Position numbers and translations under genes: made by a program. The notes beneath the pieces were generated by a model. That model did not search any database. It worked only from the letters and a program-made list of their open reading frames with translations, and was not told the origin of the DNA. From assembly GCA_965228975.1 (NCBI GenBank), contig OZ245851.1:4917953-4981952 (forward strand): 64,000 nucleotides of DNA. The letters run 5' to 3'. Position 1 is the first letter of the stretch; the number at the start of each line of letters is the position of its first letter. Shown in pieces: positions 27,502 to 35,346 of this stretch. The DNA comes from Alphaproteobacteria bacterium (GTDB taxonomy: Bacteria; Pseudomonadota; Alphaproteobacteria; UBA8366).

Positions 27502-28144
27502 CGACATAGATGCGTTCACGGCGCCCTTGTGCCTCCGGCCAGAGTGCCGCAGCGTCAAACCTCACTGTGTAGAGGTGCTCCGGCTCGATCACGCCGACCG
27601 CGCTCAAATCCGCCAACGGCTCTTTCCCATGATGCCCATCCACGACCCCCACTTTTCCGCGGACATATGCGGGCAACCTCGTATGAAATGCGGGCACCAC
27701 CGCTTTGCAGCGCACCGTTTGGCCAGCTTCGAATTTCGGCGTGGAAGCCGTACTCTCATTAACCGTACGGTCGGGAGTTACCGATGCCGTTCGTTCATGG
27801 GTCGTGCTGGCAGTTGGGACATCGTTGGTCGCAAGCTTTGCATCCGGCAACAACTCATCTAACCGAATTGTGCCATTGTCGATTAAAGTTGCCGCGAGGC
27901 TCTGTGTCCATTGGTCGTAATAATTGCGCGTAAGATAGTCGACAGGGTCTATACGCTCGCGCACATGGCGAAACCAGTCGAGCGTCCAAATCTCCGGCTT
28001 TCCGCGCCAATGTGCAAATGTACACATACAGATCGCCCACGCACGCGCCTGCCATTCTTCGTGGAAGGCGATAGCATCCTTATCCTTCTGCCAACGCACG
28101 GCTCCAAATCCTTCGCGGCCACCAAGGTCGTGGAGAGTATCCAT
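27467..28144 (-). CDS. nthB: nitrile hydratase beta subunit
   Basis: Start refined to MDTLHDLGGREGFG..., the classic NHase beta N-terminus, at 28144. This shares one base with the alpha-subunit stop codon. Confidence 0.85.
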   Translation of the reverse strand: MDTLHDLGGREGFGAVRWQKDKDAIAFHEEWQARAWAICMCTFAHWRGKPEIWTLDWFRHVRERIDPVDYLTRNYYDQWTQSLAATLIDNGTIRLDELLPDAKLATNDVPTASTTHERTASVTPDRTVNESTASTPKFEAGQTVRCKAVVPAFHTRLPAYVRGKVGVVDGHHGKEPLADLSAVGVIEPEHLYTVRFDAAALWPEAQGRRERIYVDAWESYLEPAE

Positions 28145-28791
28145 TAGTTCTCTCCTTGCCGAGTGAGCAGCTCTCTGTGCGTGCCGATCATCGAATTCCG
28201 AGTGACTAATTTGAACAAGTCGTCTTCCGACCACGACTCGGTGCCCTCGGGCCTCTGCGGAACAACGATGTAGCGCCGTTCCGATGTCGAGTCCCAAACC
28301 CTCACCTCAGTGCTTTCTTCCAGCTCGACCCCGAATTCCTGCAACACCCCCCGAGGGTCACGAATAGCGCGGGCCCGGTATTCATTCGATTTGTACCAAC
28401 CAGGAGAAATACCGATCAGCCGGAGCGGGTAGCAGGAGCACAGGGTGCAGACAACCAGATTGTGAACACTGTCCGTATTAAACACCGCCCGGAGGTCATA
28501 ACCGCCACCCTCAGCAAGCCCTAATTCCTCAAACGCCGTCATCGCGTTCTCTCGAAGCGTCGCCTTGAACTGTGGATCGATCCACGATTTTGCTATCACG
28601 CGGGCCCCGTTTCTCGGGCCGACTTTATCTGAGAGCTTGTCGAGCCAATTGTCGACGGTATCTGCCTCGAGTAGACCTTTCTCTATCAGCAGACTCTCTA
28701 GCGATTTAACCCGCAGCGCTGATTCTGTTGGCAAGTGGCTGTGCAGTTCTTCGTGGATGTGCGCGATCTTTTTAGAATCATATGAAGTCAT
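28144..28791 (-). CDS. nthA: nitrile hydratase alpha subunit, cobalt type
   Basis: Metal-binding VVCTLCSCYP (CTLCSC is the Co type). GGGAGGGG RBS before the ATG at 28791. Confidence 0.9.
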   Translation of the reverse strand: MTSYDSKKIAHIHEELHSHLPTESALRVKSLESLLIEKGLLEADTVDNWLDKLSDKVGPRNGARVIAKSWIDPQFKATLRENAMTAFEELGLAEGGGYDLRAVFNTDSVHNLVVCTLCSCYPLRLIGISPGWYKSNEYRARAIRDPRGVLQEFGVELEESTEVRVWDSTSERRYIVVPQRPEGTESWSEDDLFKLVTRNSMIGTHRELLTRQGEN

Positions 28792-28988
28792 CTTCCCCTC
28801 CCTACACAATCCAGATTTCCAGCCAGTCGCTTACCTTAGCAAGGCATCCATGCCGTGCGAAACCCCACCGATCCAAACTTCGGCTTTCGAGGGAAAAGTA
28901 GAGATTAGTTTGGATCAGCAGGAATTTTCATCAGTGCCAGAAGCGGAAGTCACCAAATTTAGTCGGCGTCGGATGGAAATGGCAGTTC

Positions 28989-30101
28989 CTATGCAGGCCG
29001 CAAAGCGTAGGTCGTTGCCAGTACAGCGAGGCTCTGGAACTTTTTGCGATAGGCCGCAGGCGTGAGCCCAACGCGCTTTTTGAAAAGCCGTCGGAATGAT
29101 GAAGCATCCTCGTAGCCCACTGCGGCGGCAATTTCCTCAATGGGGCGCTGGTCGCGTTCTAGTTCCTGTTTGGCCTCCTCAATACGCAATGCCTGAACGT
29201 AGTCCATCGGCGTGTAACCGGTGGCGGCACGAAACCGGCGTGCAAAGGTGCGCCCGCCTAGGCCGGAGCGATCGGTCATCCGCTCCACAGGGTTCTCGAT
29301 ATCGTAATTCTCCGCGATCCAAGCCTGACACTCGGCGACGACCGCGTCCTTCACCTCCATAGGACGCGTCATCATGGCATACGGTGACTGGCCCTCCACG
29401 TGGTCGGTCATGAGAAAAACCTTCGCGGTGTCGATTGCGTGATGGTAGCCGCAGTATCGGGCGATTAAGTAGAAGGCTAGGTCGTGCCAGGCACTAACGG
29501 CGCCGGCGGTCACGATGTTGTTCTCCTCCGCCTTTAGGCAAAGCGCCGCACTATCCACGAAGGATACGTTGGGAAAATATCTATGAAACATGTCTCGATA
29601 GGCCCAATGCGCAGTTGCCGCACGACCTTCGAGAACGCCTGAGTCGGCCAGTACCAGAGACCCAGAGCAGACCGAGGTCAGTAGGCTGCCTGCTGCATGC
29701 ATATCACGTAGCCACACACACTCTCGGGGATAGCGTCCAGTAGGTACTGCCGTGACGGCTACGTACATGTCGCAGACAACAATCGCGTCCGGCACGCTGT
29801 CGGGGTACTGGAAGTCATCTACAGCAGCATGGGGACGAACGGGAATGTCGCCGACACAACTAAACGGCCTGCCGTCGGCGGAGACGATCTTGATATCCAA
29901 GAGCTCACGCTCCGGCGCGCCCTTGACCAACTCGGGATAAATAACACCGACGGTCGTCAGCACGTCGTAGAGCCCGTAGAGGACCATGGCCGAGGTTTCG
30001 GGTGAAGCGAGAAGCACAATGGTCGGTCGCTCTCGGCTGGCTTTGGCTTTATCTGTCACTTTTCGCTCGGTTATAACGTATCGGGCCGGATGTTTTGTCA
30101 T
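28989..30101 (-). CDS. GlxA-family regulator (DJ-1/PfpI domain + AraC HTH)
   Basis: DJ-1-like N-terminal part (IVLLASPETSAMVLYGLYDVL...SVCSGSLVLA) and C-terminal AraC HTH (TPMDYVQALRIEEAKQEL...GYEDASSFRRLFKKRVGLTPAAYR). Start refined to the ATG at 30101. Confidence 0.8.
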   Translation of the reverse strand: MTKHPARYVITERKVTDKAKASRERPTIVLLASPETSAMVLYGLYDVLTTVGVIYPELVKGAPERELLDIKIVSADGRPFSCVGDIPVRPHAAVDDFQYPDSVPDAIVVCDMYVAVTAVPTGRYPRECVWLRDMHAAGSLLTSVCSGSLVLADSGVLEGRAATAHWAYRDMFHRYFPNVSFVDSAALCLKAEENNIVTAGAVSAWHDLAFYLIARYCGYHHAIDTAKVFLMTDHVEGQSPYAMMTRPMEVKDAVVAECQAWIAENYDIENPVERMTDRSGLGGRTFARRFRAATGYTPMDYVQALRIEEAKQELERDQRPIEEIAAAVGYEDASSFRRLFKKRVGLTPAAYRKKFQSLAVLATTYALRPA

Positions 30102-30188
30102 TTTTGGCACGTTAGCGTCCTTTCTGCCACTGTCTCCGGCGAACGTTGTTATCGATACTGGGCCTACATTGCCAGTAAGGAGGCTTCC

Positions 30189-31148
30189 ATGAACTTTTCT
30201 CACCCTGACACCAGAGACGGCGTCCTCTATCTGACCGAAGGCGGATTCGAGACTGAGCTGATGTACCTCCATGGCTTCGAGTTGCCTTGTTTTGCGGCGT
30301 TCACGCTTCTCGATACGCCTCAAGGAACGGCCGCGCTCCGCGGAATTTATACGCGTGTTTGCAACGTCGCCGCCGCTGAGGGTTGCGGCGTCCTTCTCGG
30401 CTGGCTTAACTACCGCGCCAGTCCTGACTGGGGCACGAAGCTCGGGCTTTCGCGCGAGGGGCTCAGGGAGGCGACCTTGCGGTCGATCGAGTTCCTTGAC
30501 GGGATACGTAAGGAATATGCCGCAGAAATTCCGGACTTCTTGATCTCAGACGCGATCGGCCCACGAGGAGACGCCTATGGCACAGGGGAAAATATCACAG
30601 CGGAAGAGGCGGAGGATTATCATTCGGTTCAACTCGAAACGTTGAAAGAGTCGGCCTGTAATGCAGTTCAGCATGTGACAGCGAACAACATCCCGGAGGC
30701 AATCGGCATCGCGCGTGCCGCCCAAGCTCTCGACATGAAGGTGGGAGTTTCCTGGTCGCTGAACGCCGAAAGCCGACTATCTTCCGGTCCAACTCTGGAA
30801 GATGCCATTACACAGACCGATGCTGACCTGCCGGGCGCCATCGCCTGGCACGCAACGAACTGCTCGCATCCGCTCGAGTTCGAACCAGCGCTGACACCGG
30901 GAAGTTGGCTTGAGCGGCTACGGTGTATTCGGCCCAATGCGGTGGCGATGGACAAGATCGCGCTTTGCAAGCTCGGCCATCTCGAGGATGGCGATCCGGT
31001 GGAATTAGGCAGACAAATGGGCGAAGTCGCACTCCGGTTCCCATGGATGGACATTTGGGGAGGTTGCTGCGGTACCGACCACCGTCATCTCAGGGAGATT
31101 GCGCAGAATGTGAAGGCGGCCCGGACGGAAACCCTCGTTTCGGCTTGA
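30189..31148 (+). CDS. homocysteine S-methyltransferase family protein
   Basis: LTEGGFETELMY... N-terminus and the Zn-ligand motif IWGGCCGTDHRHL near the C-terminus. Start at MNFSHP (30189). Confidence 0.75.
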   Translation: MNFSHPDTRDGVLYLTEGGFETELMYLHGFELPCFAAFTLLDTPQGTAALRGIYTRVCNVAAAEGCGVLLGWLNYRASPDWGTKLGLSREGLREATLRSIEFLDGIRKEYAAEIPDFLISDAIGPRGDAYGTGENITAEEAEDYHSVQLETLKESACNAVQHVTANNIPEAIGIARAAQALDMKVGVSWSLNAESRLSSGPTLEDAITQTDADLPGAIAWHATNCSHPLEFEPALTPGSWLERLRCIRPNAVAMDKIALCKLGHLEDGDPVELGRQMGEVALRFPWMDIWGGCCGTDHRHLREIAQNVKAARTETLVSA

Positions 31149-31350
31149 GATTGAACTGCAACTGCCCGGCTAAATTTGGTTGAATCGAAATTTCGCGGCT
31201 GCGTCAGAATCGGTTCGATTTGATCGAGAAGCGGTCAAATTGATTGACACGGGCTCTAGACTTATGTTCCCCGTCAGATTTAGTTGGACAGCATTGCTGA
31301 ATTGAGGAGGAGAGTGTTTTTGGCTCATCGTAGCGACGTAAGGAGCGAAG

Positions 31351-31725
31351 ATGAGACGGAAACACACAAGCAAAGCGGATAGTGTCGAGAAGACCGTCCG
31401 TGATATCCGCCGGGCAGCGCGCAAGCAGTATTCTGCCGAAGAAAAGATCCGCATTGTCCTGGAAGGTCTGCGCGGTGAAGACAGCATCGCGGAGCTGTGC
31501 CGCCGTGAGGGCATCGCCCAGAGCCTCTATTACAAATGGTCGAAGGAGTTCCTGGAAGCAGGCAAGAAGCGCCTTGCCGGCGACACGGCGCGTGCGGCGA
31601 CGAGTGACGAGGTAAAGGGGTTGCGAGCTGAGGCTCGGAGCCTGAAAGAGGCTCTGGCCGAGCAGATGCTGGAGAACCGATTGCTCAAAAAAAGCGTTCT
31701 CGGGGATGGGGAAGACGATACATGA
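31351..31725 (+). CDS. IS3-family transposase OrfA
   Basis: YSAEEKIRIVLEGLRGEDSIAELCRREGIAQSLYYKWSKEF HTH followed by a leucine-zipper-like tail. Confidence 0.85.
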   Translation: MRRKHTSKADSVEKTVRDIRRAARKQYSAEEKIRIVLEGLRGEDSIAELCRREGIAQSLYYKWSKEFLEAGKKRLAGDTARAATSDEVKGLRAEARSLKEALAEQMLENRLLKKSVLGDGEDDT

Positions 31726-32705
31726 GGTATCCCGCATCCGAGAAGTTGGAGATCATCCGTCTGGTCGAAAGGTCATCGCTGTCCATAAGCCGAACACTGA
31801 CACAGCTGGGGATCCCACGATCGACATTCTATAACTGGTACGACCGGTTCATCACCGGCGGGGTGGAGGCCCTAGAGGATAGAACGCCACGGCCGCGGCA
31901 AGTCTGGAACAAGGTGCCGGATGATATTGCCACCGCAGTCATCGATCTTGCCCTGGAAAAACCGGAACTGTCGCCCCGGGAGCTAGCTGTCACCTTCACA
32001 GAGAAGCGCCGCTACTTTCTATCAGAAGCGACCGTTTACCGTCTTCTCAAGGCCCAGGACCTGATCACCAGCCCGGCCTATATCCTGATGAAGGCGGGTA
32101 ACGAGTTCCAGCACAAGACGACGGCACCGAACCAGCTGTGGCAGACCGACTTCACCTACTTCAAAGTCATCGGTTGGGGCTGGTTCTATCTGTCGACGGT
32201 GCTCGACGACTTCTCACGCTACATTCTCGCGTGGAAGCTCTGCACCACGATGACAGCGACGGACGTGTCCGACACGCTGGACATCGCCCTAAAGGCAGCT
32301 GATCTCGACCAGGTCAGAGTTCGTCATCGTCCCAGGTTGCTCAGCGACAATGGGCCATCATATGTCTCCGGCGAACTGGCCAAATGGCTGGAAAGCCAGG
32401 GCATGGATCACACTCGCGGCCGTCCCTACCACCCCATGACGCAGGGCAAAATCGAGCGATGGCATCGATCACTGAAGAACCAGATCTTGCTCGATAACTA
32501 CTACCTGCCTGGACAGCTGGAACAACGCATCAAACAGTTCGTCAGCCATTACAACACACGGAGATATCATGAGAGCTTGAACAATCTGACACCGGAGGAC
32601 GTTTACCTCGGACGGGGTCAGGCGATTCTCAATGAACGCGAGAAAATCAAACATGCGACCATGCAAACCAGGCGAACATTGCACCGTCAGGCCATGGCCG
32701 CTTAA
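31722..32705 (+). CDS. IS3-family transposase OrfB (DDE integrase core)
   Basis: HTH followed by an rve domain (NQLWQTDFTYFKV...LLSDNGPSYVS...GKIERWHRSLK). ATGA overlap with orfA. Confidence 0.85.
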   Translation: MRYPASEKLEIIRLVERSSLSISRTLTQLGIPRSTFYNWYDRFITGGVEALEDRTPRPRQVWNKVPDDIATAVIDLALEKPELSPRELAVTFTEKRRYFLSEATVYRLLKAQDLITSPAYILMKAGNEFQHKTTAPNQLWQTDFTYFKVIGWGWFYLSTVLDDFSRYILAWKLCTTMTATDVSDTLDIALKAADLDQVRVRHRPRLLSDNGPSYVSGELAKWLESQGMDHTRGRPYHPMTQGKIERWHRSLKNQILLDNYYLPGQLEQRIKQFVSHYNTRRYHESLNNLTPEDVYLGRGQAILNEREKIKHATMQTRRTLHRQAMAA

Positions 32706-32776
32706 CATCAAACAAAGGAGCCAGACACTCTCCTATTCAGGAAACCAAACTGTCCGAAAAACTCTGACGACATACA

Positions 32777-33310
32777 GGCCTGACGCTCTGTCGCGATCTG
32801 AGGGCAACAACCGACGTTCCCGTGGTGATGCTCACCGCCAAGGGAGAAGAATTCGATCGGGTGCTGGGGTTGGAGATGGGAGCGGATGACTATCTCGCGA
32901 AGCCGTTCAGCGGCAGGGAGTTGGTTGCCCGGATTAAAGCCGTGCTCAGACGAGCCCAGGCAATGCCGTCAGGCCAAGGTGCGCATGGCATGAAAGGGTG
33001 GAAGTTCGATCGCTGGAATCTTGATGTTTCGGCGCGCAATCTGCGGTCGGAAAACAATGTCGTCGTGCCCTTGAGTACAGCGGAATTCAATCTCCTTCAG
33101 GCGTTTGTCGAAAGGCCGCAGATCGTGCTGACGCGCGATCAGTTGCTTGATCTTACGAGAGGTCGCGACGCCGACTTCGTTGACCGCAGCATCGACACGC
33201 GGATCAGCCGCCTGCGACGGAAGGTTGAAAGAGACCCTCAGAACCCAGAGATTATCAAAACCGTGTGGGGTGGCGGCTACGTCTTTGCGGCGGAGGTGAC
33301 ACGAGAATGA
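32777..33310 (+). pseudogene. OmpR-family response regulator, 5'-truncated by the IS3 element
   Basis: The reading frame opens exactly at the IS end: GLTLCRDLRATTDVPVVMLTAKGEE.... The phospho-acceptor half of the receiver domain is missing. The winged-helix output domain (TVWGGGYVF) is intact. Confidence 0.8.
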
Positions 33311-34728
33311 GATATCTCCTACCAAGAAGCCTGGCTGGCCGGACAGTCATGGTGCTGGTTGCCGGGCTCATTGTCACTCATATCGTGACAGTTGTCGTCT
33401 TTTCTGAACATCGCGCAGACTCGCTTACACGCGCCGAAGAGCAGCATATGGCGCAGCATATCGCATCGGTCTCAGATGTTGTCTTGAATGTCCCAAATCA
33501 GTGGAGAGACAGGATTGTTCGCTCGTCCGATAATCACGCATTTCGAATCTACATGACGTCGAGCGAACGCGGTCTTGATGAGAGAAAGAGGGGTGCAACG
33601 AGTGACGCACTGAGCGTGCTGGTGTCTCGTCAAATGCGTGCCGCACTCAGGGAACCGATCACGGTCGATATTCAAGGCGTAACCGCACGCAGCCAAATGT
33701 CCGGCTTTGATTTGTCGGGGAGATGGTTGCGAGAGCAGTTCGGTCGCCTGATCTACGGACACGATCGCGACCAGGCGGTCCTCGTCTCAATTCCATTGTC
33801 TCAGAATCAACAGCTGAATTTTTCGACTGTGATGCCACTGGCCTACGCACCCGGATGGGAAAGGACGCTATCCATAACGGGTTCATTCCTCATAGCGGTA
33901 GCCTTGCTGTCACTATGGGCCGTGAAGAAATTGTCAGCGCCGCTCGATAGATTTGCTTCCGCCACCACCGCATTCGCACACAATGTCAATGCACCTCCAC
34001 TCCCAGAATCGGGCCCGAGTGAGGTCCGGCAAGCGGCAAGCGCCTTTAATGACATGCAGAGACAGATACGAAAGCTTTTAGAGAACCGGGCTCACATGCT
34101 GGCGGCGATATCTCACGACCTGCGAACGCCACTCACAACTGTCCGCCTGAGAGCCGAGCGTGTCACGGATCCGGAACTTCGAAGCAAGATGCTGGCCGCA
34201 CTCAGCGAAATGGAAGCGATGCTTTCGTCGGCACTGGCGTTCGCTCGGGAGGGCTCTGAAAGCGAAGAAAATTCCATGACCGACGTCGGCTCTCTTGTAG
34301 AGGCCATTTGCGAAGATATGTCCGACACGGGCCATCGCGTTACCTGCGCCGTGGATGAGGAGATCGTTTCACTCTGCCGTCCCCTCGCCTTGAAGAGGGC
34401 GCTGACCAATCTGATCGACAACGCGGTTAAGTATGGCAAAAGCGCTTACGTTCGCGTGAAGAGTGACGACGAAGCCGTTGAAATCATGATCGAGGACGAA
34501 GGGCCCGGGATCCTAGAGACGGAAATGGAGCGGATATTTCTCCCGTTCTATCGGTTGGAAGCTTCGCGAAGCCGAGACACGGGTGGTGTTGGTCTGGGAA
34601 TGGCCATCGCACAGATGGTTATTGATTCACACAGCGGCTCTGTCTGTTTTAACAATCGTGCGGAAGGCGGACTGTGCGTTCGGGTACGATTACCGCATTC
34701 GGGTGGACCAGAAACGCGCGTCACTTGA
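33307..34728 (+). CDS. sensor histidine kinase (EnvZ-like)
   Basis: Two TM segments, H-box AAISHDLRTPLT, N-box DNAVKYG, G-boxes DEGPGI and GGVGLGMAIA. ATGA overlap with the response-regulator remnant. Confidence 0.85.
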   Translation: MRYLLPRSLAGRTVMVLVAGLIVTHIVTVVVFSEHRADSLTRAEEQHMAQHIASVSDVVLNVPNQWRDRIVRSSDNHAFRIYMTSSERGLDERKRGATSDALSVLVSRQMRAALREPITVDIQGVTARSQMSGFDLSGRWLREQFGRLIYGHDRDQAVLVSIPLSQNQQLNFSTVMPLAYAPGWERTLSITGSFLIAVALLSLWAVKKLSAPLDRFASATTAFAHNVNAPPLPESGPSEVRQAASAFNDMQRQIRKLLENRAHMLAAISHDLRTPLTTVRLRAERVTDPELRSKMLAALSEMEAMLSSALAFAREGSESEENSMTDVGSLVEAICEDMSDTGHRVTCAVDEEIVSLCRPLALKRALTNLIDNAVKYGKSAYVRVKSDDEAVEIMIEDEGPGILETEMERIFLPFYRLEASRSRDTGGVGLGMAIAQMVIDSHSGSVCFNNRAEGGLCVRVRLPHSGGPETRVT

Positions 34729-35179
34729 GTCGCTCGGCCTGCTCGGGGGCGTGGTGGTCCTCATAGAGACAATTGGCATGATCCTTCAGCACCTCGATCA
34801 CGCGGCAGTCCGCGACCCGGCCTCCTTCACACTGCCGGACCATTCTGTGCAGCTCCGTCTTGAGCGCCTGGAGCCGAACGATCCGGCTCTCGACCTCGCG
34901 CAACTGGTTTCGCGCTATCCGGTCAGCGGTCTCGCAGGGCTGGTCGGGGCGATCCGCCAAGCTCAACAGTTGGCGAATCGCCTCGAGCGGAAACCCAAGC
35001 TGCCGACTGTGCCGGATGAAGGCTAGGCGTTCTGCGTGCCGTGGCCCGTAACGGCGCTGGTTTCCTGCCGTTCGGTTGGGAGTAGGCATGACGCCAATTT
35101 CCTCGTAGTACCTAATCGTCTGGACCTTGCAGCCTGTCTCTCTTGCCAGGCGGCCTATCGTGAATCTTTCCCCCACCAT
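34721..35179 (-). CDS. MerR-family heavy-metal-responsive regulator (CadR/ZntR/PbrR-like)
   Basis: HTH FTIGRLARETGCKVQTIRYYEEIG. Cys82, Cys117 and Cys125 by my count. Divergent from the P1B-ATPase gene. Confidence 0.85.
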   Translation of the reverse strand: MVGERFTIGRLARETGCKVQTIRYYEEIGVMPTPNRTAGNQRRYGPRHAERLAFIRHSRQLGFPLEAIRQLLSLADRPDQPCETADRIARNQLREVESRIVRLQALKTELHRMVRQCEGGRVADCRVIEVLKDHANCLYEDHHAPEQAERLK

Positions 35180-35191
35180 CGAAATTAACCC

Positions 35192-35222
35192 TTGAACCTC
35201 TAGTAACTATAGCTACTAGGTT
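35192..35222 (+). promoter_or_regulatory. MerR-type promoter/operator with 19-bp spacer
   Basis: TTGAAC-(19 nt)-TAGGTT. The spacer holds the dyad CTAGTA-N8-TACTAG, extended imperfectly to GAACCT/AGGTTC. Confidence 0.65.
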
Positions 35223-35346
35223 CAGAAATAGCATGGCTCCAGGGCTGGGTCAAAGGCAATACGCTTTTTGCGGAGAGTCGACGGGCCCTGGAGGCCAAGA
35301 TTGCCGTTTGCCGCAGCCCGTTCGAGAACAAAGCTAGAGAATTTCT

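Larger units (their letters stand above)
31262..32776 (+). mobile_element. IS3-family insertion sequence
   Basis: Long imperfect terminal inverted repeats: left CGTCAGATTTAGTTGGACAG...GGAGAGTGT from 31272, right reverse-complement CGTCAGAGTTTTTCGGACAG...GGAGAGTGT ending 32769. The outer few bases are uncertain. orfA and orfB lie inside. Confidence 0.8.
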
